The position numbers and the translations under genes are program-made. A stretch of DNA of 63,899 nucleotides, filler included. It is 8 parts of 8 records of this genome, joined end to end, with 100 filler letters (N's around TTAATTAATTAA, not from the genome) between each part and the next. Parts side by side here need not be neighbours in the genome. Positions count along the whole stretch, not along the records: positions 45,247 to 53,152 come from SRR31156797_33756; positions 53,253 to 58,361 come from SRR31156797_33772; positions 58,462 to 63,899 come from SRR31156797_33819; 5 more parts are not named here. One strand, given 5' to 3'. Shown one piece after another: positions 50,847-60,390 of this stretch (position 1 is the first letter of the stretch; the number at the start of each line of letters is the position of its first letter). A model generated the notes under the pieces. That model was not told the DNA's origin. It was given only the letters and a program-made list of their open reading frames with translations, and did no database searches.

Positions 50847-52727
50847 TTACTGGCGCCGCCTCTTGGTGAGGAGGATCACCGAGCGCATCTCCTCGGGGGT
50901 CCTCGCCTTGTGCCAGAGGCTGTGGAAGTCGGGATCCTGCAGGATCTGGGCGATGGACATCAGGGCCTTGAGGTGGAAGTGGCGCTCGTCCTTGCTGCCC
51001 ACCAGGCAGAAAGCGGTATAGACCACGTCCCCCGCCTCGTTCCAGACTATCCCCTTCTTGTTCCGAACCAGGACAATATCGAAGCTGCGCTCCCCCTCTA
51101 TGATGATATGGGGGATGGCATGGGGGACGGCCACGCCCGGATAGATCAGGGTGGAGGCCTGCTCCTCCCGGATCTGGAGCTTCTCCTCCACCTTGGCTGG
51201 ATCTATATCCCAGCGGCCGCCGATCAGCCGGGCCGCTTCGGCAAAGAACTCCTCCCGGCTCACCCGCCGGTCCATGTCCATGATGGGGGCGTCGGCGATG
51301 ATGCCGTCGAAGCGGTCCTCCCTGATCTCATCCCGCTCCCGGAGGATCTGAAAGAGCTCGGCCTCCAGCTCCGATTCGTCGTCTACGATCTCCTTGTTGG
51401 TCAGATTCTCCACCATATGGACGAAGGCGGACTTGCGTGACTCCCGTCCCCGGTTCCAGAAGAGGTACCAGACCATGGTCAGGACGAAGAAGGCGGTGGT
51501 CAGCATCAGGGGAAGCCGTCCCATCTGAAGGATCAGGGCGATGTAGATCACGATTCCCACTGCCGGCAGGACCGGGTAGAGGGGGGTCTTGAAGCTGGGG
51601 CGGTAGGAGACGATCTTGCTCTGGCGCATCAGGATGACCGATATGTTTCCGAAGAGGAACATCAGGAGTTTCATAGTCGAGGCCACCTTGATCAGGTCCT
51701 CTATCTCCAGAAAGACGATGCAGCTGATCATAAAGGCGGAGGTCAGGATGATGGAGGTCACCGGGGTCTGATGCTTTTTGCTGACCCGTCCGACAAAGGC
51801 GGGGAGCAACCCGTCCCTGGACATGGCCATGGGGCTCCGGGAGGCCGCCATCAATCCGGCGTTGGCGGTGGTGACGAAGGCCAGCATGGCCGCCAGGGCG
51901 AGTATCACGAAGCCGGGGCGCCCCAGAAAGACCGCCGCCGCCGAAGACAGGGGGGTGAGGGTCGCCGACATCTCTTCGGGGCTGAGCACGCCCAGGGTGA
52001 TGAAGATGGTCAGGAAATAGAGAAGGGAGACCACCCCGAAGGCGCCGAACATCCCGGCGGGGATGGCCCGGCCGGGATCCTTGATCTCTTCGGCCACCGA
52101 GGCCACCTTGGTCAGTCCTCCGAAGGATATAAAGATCATGCCCGTTATCAGAAAGATGGACCTTCCTCCTTCCGGAGCGAAGGGCTGAAGGTGCTGCAGG
52201 TCCACATGGCTGATCCCCAGAACGGAGAAGGCCGCGAGGATAAGCAGGAGGATCGTTACCATGATGACCTGGGCCCTGCCGCTCTCCTTGACGCTGAACA
52301 GATTCAGTACCGTAAAGACGAGGGTAAAGGCCACGGCGATCAGCTTGACCATATGGGGCGAGGCCCCCGGAAAGAGGGGCTCCAGGAAGATGCCTATACC
52401 CACCAGAGCGAAGGCGCTCTTCAGGGAGAGGGAGAACCAGGCCGCAAAGCCCGTGAAGCTGCCCAGCATGGTTCCGAAGCTCCTGTCTATAAAGAAGTAG
52501 TCCCCTCCGGAACGGGGCATGGCCGTGGCCAGTTCGGCCTTGGCGAACATGGACGGGATAACGAAGAGGGAGGCCAGGAGGTAGCCCGCCAGGACGGCGG
52601 GACCTGCCTTGAGGTAGGTGACGGCGGGCAGGACGAAGAGCCCCGAACTGATCATGGCGCCGGCGGCTATGGCGAATACCTCTCTGGTTCCCAGTGTTCT
52701 GTGCAGTTCCTTTCCCGTATGGCTCAT
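50847..52727 (-). CDS. APC-family amino acid permease fused to a PTS EIIA (fructose/Ntr-type) domain
   Basis: GAMISSGLF, AELATAMP..GG.Y, EEIKDP; C-terminal RE...ST....GVA.PH and HLKAL..IA. Confidence 0.9.
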   Translation of the reverse strand: MSHTGKELHRTLGTREVFAIAAGAMISSGLFVLPAVTYLKAGPAVLAGYLLASLFVIPSMFAKAELATAMPRSGGDYFFIDRSFGTMLGSFTGFAAWFSLSLKSAFALVGIGIFLEPLFPGASPHMVKLIAVAFTLVFTVLNLFSVKESGRAQVIMVTILLLILAAFSVLGISHVDLQHLQPFAPEGGRSIFLITGMIFISFGGLTKVASVAEEIKDPGRAIPAGMFGAFGVVSLLYFLTIFITLGVLSPEEMSATLTPLSSAAAVFLGRPGFVILALAAMLAFVTTANAGLMAASRSPMAMSRDGLLPAFVGRVSKKHQTPVTSIILTSAFMISCIVFLEIEDLIKVASTMKLLMFLFGNISVILMRQSKIVSYRPSFKTPLYPVLPAVGIVIYIALILQMGRLPLMLTTAFFVLTMVWYLFWNRGRESRKSAFVHMVENLTNKEIVDDESELEAELFQILRERDEIREDRFDGIIADAPIMDMDRRVSREEFFAEAARLIGGRWDIDPAKVEEKLQIREEQASTLIYPGVAVPHAIPHIIIEGERSFDIVLVRNKKGIVWNEAGDVVYTAFCLVGSKDERHFHLKALMSIAQILQDPDFHSLWHKARTPEEMRSVILLTKRRRQ

Positions 52728-52857
52728 GCGATCTCCTTGACTGGATGCTTAAAGGGTCTGTTCCTATACAGTATATATCAGAACCTGCTTCCTGGAATGA
52801 AAATTACGGCATTGCTGTTTTCGCCGGACACAAACAACGGAAAAAGGGGCAAGATAC

Positions 52858-52887
52858 AAAAAAGCCCCGCCCAACGGACGGAGCTTC
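52858..52887 (-). terminator. intrinsic terminator
   Basis: Minus strand AAGCTCCGTCC-gtt-GGGCGGGGCTT-TTTT. Confidence 0.6.
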
Positions 52888-52924
52888 TGCAATTGTATAA
52901 ATATTTGTAGGAGAAATAGATATT

Positions 52925-53152
52925 TTATATTATTTCTTTTGGTCCTTCGCTGATGAAACACTTGAGCCCTTCATCGGGATACATATTTTTTAAACTTTTT
53001 ATCACAAAGCGCAGGGACTCGATATCCTCCTCCTGCAGAAACAGGAGGAGGACCGTGTTGGTTTCGGGCCAGACCGCTGATCCCTCCCGGGGGCCGGCGT
53101 TCCCCAGCCCGTAGACGGGGCTCCAGCGGGTGCAGGCCTCCATAAGGCCCGC
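52925..53152 (-). CDS. PG0541-family (PII-like) transporter-associated protein, 5'-truncated
   Basis: V.G.G..GPREG..VWPE.N and LK..YPDEG.KCF. Confidence 0.65.
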   Translation of the reverse strand, partial: AGLMEACTRWSPVYGLGNAGPREGSAVWPETNTVLLLFLQEEDIESLRFVIKSLKNMYPDEGLKCFISEGPKEII

Positions 53153-53252
53153 NNNNNNNNNNNNNNNNNNNNNNNNNNNNNNNNNNNNNNNNNNNNTTAA
53201 TTAATTAANNNNNNNNNNNNNNNNNNNNNNNNNNNNNNNNNNNNNNNNNNNN
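53153..53252. other. artificial contig linker
   Basis: N44-TTAATTAATTAA-N44. Confidence 0.99.
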
Positions 53253-53356
53253 TCAGGCCTAGCTTATTAGCTTATTGTCGTTACGAAGCTGGCGGCAAGG
53301 TCTCCCACATTGTGTGTTAGGCAAAAAATCTAACCATTTGTGAAGGAGGGAGTGTT

Positions 53357-54133
53357 ATGCCGGAAACCGACCTTATCTACACCCGGGAGGAGGCCATCGC
53401 CCATATCACCATCAACCGTGAAGCCCATCGCAACGCCATCTCCGGCCAGGCGGTCAGGCTGTTCCTCGACTACCTGGACAGGGCTGAAAACAACCCGGAG
53501 GTGCGGGCGGTCTGCATCACCGGCGCAGGCGACCGGGTCTTCTGTTCCGGGGCCGACCTTGGGGGCGGCATGACAGAAGGCGGCGCCGCGGCGAACATGT
53601 TCCGCAGCTATGCCCGGCTTCTCACAAGGCTTTACCAGTTTCCCAAACCCACGGTGGCAAGGGTCAACGGCCACTGCCTTGCCGGGGGCACCGGGTTCAT
53701 GCTGGCCTGCGACATGGTGATCGCAACGGAGGACGCCCTGTTCGGCACCCCGGAGGTGAACGTGGGGCTGTTTCCCATGATGATCGGCGCCCTGATCTTC
53801 AGGAACGTGCTGCGGAAAAAGGCCATGGAGATGATCCTGCTGGGAGAGAAACTCACGGCAGCCCAGGCCCTGGAGATGGGAATGATCACCCGCATGGTGC
53901 CCCGGGAGGACTTTGACAACGAGGTCAACAAGGTGCTTTCCGCCCTGGCCGCAAAGAGCCCCATTGGCCTGGCCCTGGGTAAAAAGGCCTTTAACGCCGT
54001 TGAGGGCATGGCGCTGGAGGAAGCGGTCAACCATCTGTCGGACCAGCTGGCACGGGTGGCTTCAACCAAGGATGCCGCGGAAGGAATCACCGCCTTTCTC
54101 GAAAAACGCAAGCCCGTCTTCAAGGGCGAGTAA
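53357..54133 (+). CDS. enoyl-CoA hydratase/isomerase (LiuC/AtuE-like)
   Basis: FCSGADL, G.CLAGG.G...ACD, PEV.VG, EGI.AFLEKR.P.F.G. Confidence 0.93.
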   Translation: MPETDLIYTREEAIAHITINREAHRNAISGQAVRLFLDYLDRAENNPEVRAVCITGAGDRVFCSGADLGGGMTEGGAAANMFRSYARLLTRLYQFPKPTVARVNGHCLAGGTGFMLACDMVIATEDALFGTPEVNVGLFPMMIGALIFRNVLRKKAMEMILLGEKLTAAQALEMGMITRMVPREDFDNEVNKVLSALAAKSPIGLALGKKAFNAVEGMALEEAVNHLSDQLARVASTKDAAEGITAFLEKRKPVFKGE

Positions 54134-54145
54134 CAAGGAGAGACC

Positions 54146-55903
54146 ATGAAGGAGAAACTGATCATCGCAAACTGCAGCGGTTTTCTGGGCGACCGCATGA
54201 CCGCGGCCAAGGAGCTCATCGAGGGAGGAGAGATCGATGTACTCACGGGGGATTACCTGGCCGAGCTCACCATGGCCCTTCTCTTCCGCATGAAGATGAA
54301 ATCCCCGGAAGCAGGCTATGCCGCGCCCTTCCTGAAACAGATGGAGGGAGTCATGGCCGCCTGCATGGAAAAGGGGATCCGGATCGTCGCCAACGCGGGC
54401 GGGCTCAACCCCAGGGGACTGGCTGCGGAGCTGGGAAAGATCGCAAAGGCCCTGGGCATCAGCCCCGTCATCGCCTGCATCGAGGGGGACGATCTTTTGC
54501 CAAGGATCAGCGAACTCCAGGAAAAAGGGGAAGAATTCTCCCACCTGGACAAAAACATCCCCCTGAAGGAGGCCAAGGCCCAGCCCATCACGGCCAACGC
54601 CTACCTGGGAGGCTGGGGCATCACCACCGCCCTGGACCAGGGGGCGGACATCGTGGTGGGGGGCCGGATCGCGGACGCAAGCCTGGTATCCGGTCCCGCC
54701 GCCTGGAAGTTCGGCTGGAAAAAGGATGACTGGGACAGGCTGGCCGGGGCCTATGCCGCGGGCCACATCATCGAGTGCGGCACCCAGGCCACCGGGGGCA
54801 ACTACGCCTTTTTTGAGGAGGTACCTTCGTTCAAAAACATGGGCTTTCCCATTGCCGAAATCCATGACGACGGATCATTCGTGATCACCAAGCATCCGGG
54901 CACGGGGGGACTTGTCTCCGTCGGCACGGTCACGGCCCAACTCATGTACGAAATACGGGAGCCGGGCTACCTCACCCCGGACGTCACGGCACGGTTCGAC
55001 ACCATCCGCCTGGAGCAGCAAGGGCAAGACCGGGTTGCGGGCTCCGACACCAAAGGAGAGCCGCCCACGCCCTTCTCCAAGGTGTGCATCAACAATCTAT
55101 GGGGATTTCGCAACACCATGACCGTTGTTCTCACCGGCCTGGACATCGAAAAGAAGGCGGCCCTGGTGGAACAGTCCCTGTTCGACCTCCTCGGTGGCAA
55201 GGACCGGTTCGCAGCCGTGGATGTCCAGCTGATCCGGTCGGACAGCCCCCTTCCCGCCAACAACGACGAGGCCCAGGCCCGGCTCAGGATCGCCCTCATG
55301 GACCCGGACCAGAAAAAGGTGGGCAAGCTTTTTTCCGCAAAGCTTGTGGAGCTCGCCCTCTCAAACATCCCGGGCTTCACCCTCACCGCCCCCCCGGCCA
55401 AAGCCGCCCCGGCCATCCAGCACTGGCCCACCCTGGTGAGCAAGAAATTCGTAAAAGAAAAGGTGTTTGTGAACAACACGGAGCTTGTCGTGGACAGCGT
55501 CGACCCCATGGACGAAACCGTCACGGTGGAACCCGTGACCATACAGCTGGAAGCGGTCGCCATGGACGACCTGACCGAGATTCCCCTGGGACGGTTGTTC
55601 GGGACCCGGTCCGGGGACAAGGGCGGCAACGCGAACCTGGGGGTATGGGCAAAGGATCCCAAGGCGTTCTCATTCCTGCGCACCTTTCTGACCGTCAAGA
55701 CACTGAAGCAGCTTCTGCCCGACATGGCGGAGTTTGAGATCGACCGGTACGAGTTCCCCAACCTCCTGGCCGTCAATTTCTACCTCAAGGGGGTCCTGGG
55801 AGAGGGGGTTGCCGCCTCCCTCCGGAGCGATCCCCAGGCAAAGACACTGGGCGAGTATCTCAGGGCAAAGACCATCAAGGTGCCGGCCGCCATTCTAAAC
55901 TAA
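54146..55903 (+). CDS. atuA: acyclic terpene utilization AtuA (DUF1446) family protein
   Basis: NCSGFLGDR, GDYLAELTM, NAYLG, GR.ADA, ECG.QATGGN, RSGDKGG.AN.G, DPQAK.LGE. Confidence 0.92.
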   Translation: MKEKLIIANCSGFLGDRMTAAKELIEGGEIDVLTGDYLAELTMALLFRMKMKSPEAGYAAPFLKQMEGVMAACMEKGIRIVANAGGLNPRGLAAELGKIAKALGISPVIACIEGDDLLPRISELQEKGEEFSHLDKNIPLKEAKAQPITANAYLGGWGITTALDQGADIVVGGRIADASLVSGPAAWKFGWKKDDWDRLAGAYAAGHIIECGTQATGGNYAFFEEVPSFKNMGFPIAEIHDDGSFVITKHPGTGGLVSVGTVTAQLMYEIREPGYLTPDVTARFDTIRLEQQGQDRVAGSDTKGEPPTPFSKVCINNLWGFRNTMTVVLTGLDIEKKAALVEQSLFDLLGGKDRFAAVDVQLIRSDSPLPANNDEAQARLRIALMDPDQKKVGKLFSAKLVELALSNIPGFTLTAPPAKAAPAIQHWPTLVSKKFVKEKVFVNNTELVVDSVDPMDETVTVEPVTIQLEAVAMDDLTEIPLGRLFGTRSGDKGGNANLGVWAKDPKAFSFLRTFLTVKTLKQLLPDMAEFEIDRYEFPNLLAVNFYLKGVLGEGVAASLRSDPQAKTLGEYLRAKTIKVPAAILN

Positions 55904-55926
55904 CCTTAACCTTATCAACAGAGGAT

Positions 55927-57084
55927 ATGACCATGGGAAGCGACATCTACTTTACCAAAGATCATGAACTGGTTCGAAAGGCTGTGCGGGATTTTGTCAA
56001 CAAAGAGATCAACCCCTATGTGGACGAGTGGGAAGAGGCGGGCATGACCCCCCTCCACGATCTGTTCAAAAAAATGGGGGAACTGGGCTTCATCGGCATC
56101 CGCTACGACGAGAAATACGGGGGCGAGGGCCTTGACTACTGGTACGAAACCGTTGTGCTGGAGGAATTCGCCAGGATCCAGTGCGGCGGCATCCCCATGG
56201 CCATTGCGGTCCAGTCCAACATGGCCACCCCGGCCATCAACGATTTCGGCTCCGAATACCTGAAACAAACCTATCTCAAGCCCGCTCTCAAGGGCGAGAT
56301 GGTGGCCGCCATTGCCGTGACCGAACCCGATGCCGGTTCGGATGTGGCCGCCCTGAGAAGCTATGCCAAAAGAGAGGGGGACCACTACATCCTCAACGGG
56401 TCAAAGACCTTCATCACCAACGGTCTCCAGGCCGACTTCCTCACCCTCCTGGCCCGGACCAGCGACGATCCCGGCTACCACAGTTTCTCGCTGTTCGTGG
56501 TGCCCACGGACATCGAGGGCTTCAGCGTGAGCAAGAAGCTGGACAAGCTGGGCATGCGGTCCAGCGACACGGCCGAGCTCTTTTTCGACAACATGAAGAT
56601 CCCGGCTGAGAACCTGATCGGCACCGAGGGCGAAGGCTTCATCCAGCAGATGATGCAGTTCCAGCACGAGCGGTTCAGCGCCCTGCCCCTCTCCTACATC
56701 GGCGCCCGGGAGATCATCGACGAGACCATCGAGTATCTCAAGGGCAGAACCGTATTCGGCAGGCCCCTGATCAAGAAGCAGGTGCTCCGCCACCGCCTTG
56801 CGGAATGGCTCACCGAGATCGAAGCCCTCCAGCAGCTCACCTACCACATCGTACGCATGAAGACGGCGGGCCGGGACGCCTCAAAGGAGATCTCCATGGG
56901 CAAGCTCATGGGCGGCACCCTCCTCAACAAGGTGATGGACGGCTGCCTCCAGATGCACGGGGGCATGGGCTTCATGAACGAAATGCGGGTATCCCGGGCC
57001 TTCAGGGATTCGCGGCTCATCTCCATCGGCGGCGGCGCCAATGAGGTGATGAGCGATGTAATTGCTAAAATGTCAGGATTTTAA
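55927..57084 (+). CDS. acyl-CoA dehydrogenase (AtuD/citronellyl-CoA dehydrogenase-like)
   Basis: AVTEPDAGSD, NGSK.FITNG, K.GM.SSDTAEL.F, QHER, GGMGF, IGGGANE. Confidence 0.93.
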   Translation: MTMGSDIYFTKDHELVRKAVRDFVNKEINPYVDEWEEAGMTPLHDLFKKMGELGFIGIRYDEKYGGEGLDYWYETVVLEEFARIQCGGIPMAIAVQSNMATPAINDFGSEYLKQTYLKPALKGEMVAAIAVTEPDAGSDVAALRSYAKREGDHYILNGSKTFITNGLQADFLTLLARTSDDPGYHSFSLFVVPTDIEGFSVSKKLDKLGMRSSDTAELFFDNMKIPAENLIGTEGEGFIQQMMQFQHERFSALPLSYIGAREIIDETIEYLKGRTVFGRPLIKKQVLRHRLAEWLTEIEALQQLTYHIVRMKTAGRDASKEISMGKLMGGTLLNKVMDGCLQMHGGMGFMNEMRVSRAFRDSRLISIGGGANEVMSDVIAKMSGF

Positions 57085-57092
57085 GGAGAGCC

Positions 57093-58361
57093 ATGTATAC
57101 GAACCTATTCAACCCCATCACCCTGAACACCCTTGAGATTAAGAACAGGATCGCCTACCCGTCCCTGGGGGTTCTTTTCTCCTATGACAGGAAACTCAAC
57201 GACCGCTACCACCATTTTTTCAGCGAGATCGCACGGGGCGGCGCCGGCATCGTCACGGTGGGACCGGTGGGGGTCGATTATGTGGGATCGGGCATTGCCG
57301 CCCTTGCCATCGACAATGACGAGGCGATCCCGGAATTCCAAAAGCTCACCCAATCCATCCGGGAGAACGGGGCCAGTCCCTGGATCCAGCTCTTCCATGC
57401 CGGGGGGTACAGCCATCCCTTTCTCATCGACAACCAGACGCCGCTGGCCCCCTCCCCCATCTTTTCCAACTACTCCAAGACCACGCCCAAGGAGATGGAC
57501 GACCAGGATATCGACACAGTCCAGGGCGCGTTTGCCAAAGCCGCCCAGCGGGCCAGGGAGGCGGGATTCGACGGGGTGGAGATCATCGCGTCGGCAGGCT
57601 ATCTCATGACCCAGTTCCTCTCTCCCCTGAAGAACCAGCGCACCGACCGCTACGGCGGCAGCTTTGAGAACCGGACCCGGTTTCCCCGGGAAACCATCGA
57701 GCGCACCCGGAAGGCCCTGGGCAGCGACTTCCCCCTTGGCATCCGCATGGCGGGCAACGACTTTGTGGAAGGCAGCAACACCGATGTTGAAACCCCGAAG
57801 ATCGCCAGGGTGTACCAGGACGCCGGGGTGAACGTGATCAACGTCACCGGCGGATGGCACGAATCCAGGGTGCCCCAGCTGCCCATGGAGCTGCCGCGGA
57901 AAGGATTTGCCTTTCTGGCCAAAAACATCCGTGAAAATGTCACCGTGCCCGTGATGGCCTCCAACCGCATCACCCGCCCGGAAGAGGCGGACACCCTCAT
58001 CCGGGAGGGGTATGCCGACATGGTCAACCTGGGACGGGTGCTGATCGCGGATCCCTTCTGGCCCCAGAAGGCCGCCGCCAACCGGGCCGACCAGATCCGG
58101 CCCTGTGTGGCCTGCTCCCAGGGATGCACCGACCAGATCTTCTCGGGCCAGCCCGTGTTCTGCATCGGCAACCCCCGGGCCGGATTTGAAGCGGAACGCA
58201 CCGTTAAAAAGAGCGATGTCTGCAAAAAAATAATGGTGGTGGGCGCCGGGGTGGGAGGCCTCGAGGCGGCCGTTACCGCGGCCCAGGCAGGCCACCGGGT
58301 GGAGGTGTATGAAAAGGCGGGCGATATCGGCGGCCAGATTCCCATTGCCGCAGCCCCGCCC
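57093..58361 (+). CDS. NADH:flavin oxidoreductase, 2,4-dienoyl-CoA reductase (FadH)-like, 3'-truncated
   Basis: OYE barrel (GFDGVEI, GYL..QFLSP..N.RTD.YGG), GGWHE, CVACSQGC..C Fe-S motif, VGAG..G.EAA. Confidence 0.9.
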
Positions 58362-58461
58362 NNNNNNNNNNNNNNNNNNNNNNNNNNNNNNNNNNNNNNN
58401 NNNNNTTAATTAATTAANNNNNNNNNNNNNNNNNNNNNNNNNNNNNNNNNNNNNNNNNNNN
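58362..58461. other. artificial contig linker
   Basis: N44-TTAATTAATTAA-N44. Confidence 0.99.
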
Positions 58462-59916
58462 GAGGAACTGCAGGCCGCGGTTGGTGTATTTTTTGGCGAT
58501 CGAAATGACCAGGCGCAGGTTGGCCTCGATCATTTCCTTTTTCGCCTTGGCGGCCTCGCGTTCGCCCTTCTGGACGGTGGCGACGATACGCCTGAATTCG
58601 CTGACCGGAAGCCCGGTCTCGCGTGAGATCTCGGCGACACTGTCCCTGAGATCCTTGATGTCGATGGCGTGTTTCTCGACGAACTTCTTCCAGCCGCGGC
58701 CCGGCAGCTTGCCCACCGTGCGCGTCCAGTTGGGCGTCAGCTCGTTGCCGTAATACTGATCGAGGAAGTCTTCGCGCTTGACCCGGCAGCCGACCGCCAG
58801 GCGCAACAGGCGCCCTTCCAGATGCATCAACAGCTTGTTCAGCTCATAAAGCTGTTCGACCAGTTGCTCGATACGGCCGTTGTTCAGGCGAACGTCCTCG
58901 AGAAGGCCGATCAGTTCCTGGCGCAGCTTCTGATAGCGCTTTTCCTGCGCCGTTTTCAGCGTCTCGCCCTTGTGCACGGCTTCGACCCGCTGCACCTGAA
59001 GGCGGTGGAATTTTTTGTAGGTGCCGTTGATCTGCTTGAAGATCTCCAGAACCTGCGGCGTCAGCTGCAATTCCATGGCAGCCAAGGACACATTGAATTC
59101 CTCGGTATCGTCGTCCTCGCCGTTGGCGTCTTCCGTCTTGGCTTCGCCCTCTTTGCCTTCCTCACCTTCCTCGCTTACGGCCGTTTCGTCCGTGGAATCG
59201 TCGCCGGCTTCGTCGGCGTCTTCAACTCCGTCGCCCTCTTCGGCCGCGGCGTCCTTGGACTCGCCTTCGCCGTCCTTGGCTTCTTCGCCTTCTTCGCCTT
59301 CCTCATCTTCGGCCATCTCGGCGGCGGCGGCTTCGATCTGCTGGCCGTTCGGCCCGCCGCCGTAGGTTGCCTCGAGATCGATGATGTCGCGAAGCAGAAT
59401 GTGTTCCTCGACCAGGTCGTCGTGCCATTGGACGATGGCGCGCACCGTCAGCGGGCTCTCGCAGATGCCGCCGATCATCATTTCGCGGCCGGCTTCGATC
59501 CGCTTGGCGATGGCGATCTCGCCTTCGCGCGACAGCAACTCGACGCTGCCCATTTCGCGCAAATACATGCGGACCGGATCGTCGGTGCGTCCGATGTCGT
59601 CCTCTTTGACATTGCCGGCAACCGCCGTTTCCGTCTCCGCCGGCTCGGCCTCGCTGGACGCCTCTTCGGCCTCTTCGTTTTCGACGACATTGACCCCCAT
59701 CTCGGAGATCATCGACATCGTGTCTTCGATCTGCTCGGAGGAAACGCTGTCCGGCGGCAGAGCCGCGTTCAGCTCGTCATAGGTGATGTAACCGCGCTCT
59801 TTGCCGCGCGCGATCATCTTCTTGACTGCCGCACCCAGGCTGTCGATCAGCGGGCTGTCGGTTGTGTCTTCCTGGGTTTCGGTGGCTTCTGCCGTCGCAG
59901 CTTGTTTTTCCGTCAT
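58462..59916 (-). CDS. rpoD: primary sigma factor RpoD, 3'-truncated
   Basis: Region 1.1 (GKERGYITYDELN), RTDDPVRMYLREMG, acidic non-conserved region, EANLRLVISIAKKYTNRGLQF. Confidence 0.98.
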
Positions 59917-60285
59917 AGAACCTTCCGTTCCTGAAAGGACGAATTCCGCCCCGCCTCGGATTTCGCGGAGCCGTCCGAACCTCTCACGTCATGCCACCCT
60001 GGGCATCCGTTGGATCTTGGCATTATCAAGAGGACCATCGCGGTTATCCGGAAAACCTTCCGGCGGTGCTTCAACCGCGTTTGTCTTGTTCGGCAGTTCG
60101 GCGCGCAACCGCGCCACAATTTCGGGGGGCGCCTGCATTGGGCCCGCTCCCGTCACCATCATCGACCGCCGAAAAAACCAAATGTCCCCGCCCGATCCTT
60201 GGATTCCGAGGGAATTACAATTTAATACCCCCCTTTTTTGGCCCCCCCGGACCGTCAAAAGGCGGCTTCTAATTCATAGGCCGTG

Positions 60286-60314
60286 AAATGGGCCTGTTCG
60301 TCCATCAAGTCAAG
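60286..60314 (-). promoter_or_regulatory. putative RpoH (sigma32) promoter for rpoD
   Basis: Minus strand CTTGAC-N16-CCCATTT. Confidence 0.5.
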
Positions 60315-60390
60315 AGAGGATTTTCCCGGAAATCCGCCAATTCAGCCACTTTGCCGCTTCGGCGATCGGTAAAACCCCTCATCGCGCCGT

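Noticed and set aside
59095-59335. Low-complexity acidic repeat in rpoD as an insertion
   Set aside because: It is the ordinary acidic non-conserved region of proteobacterial sigma70.
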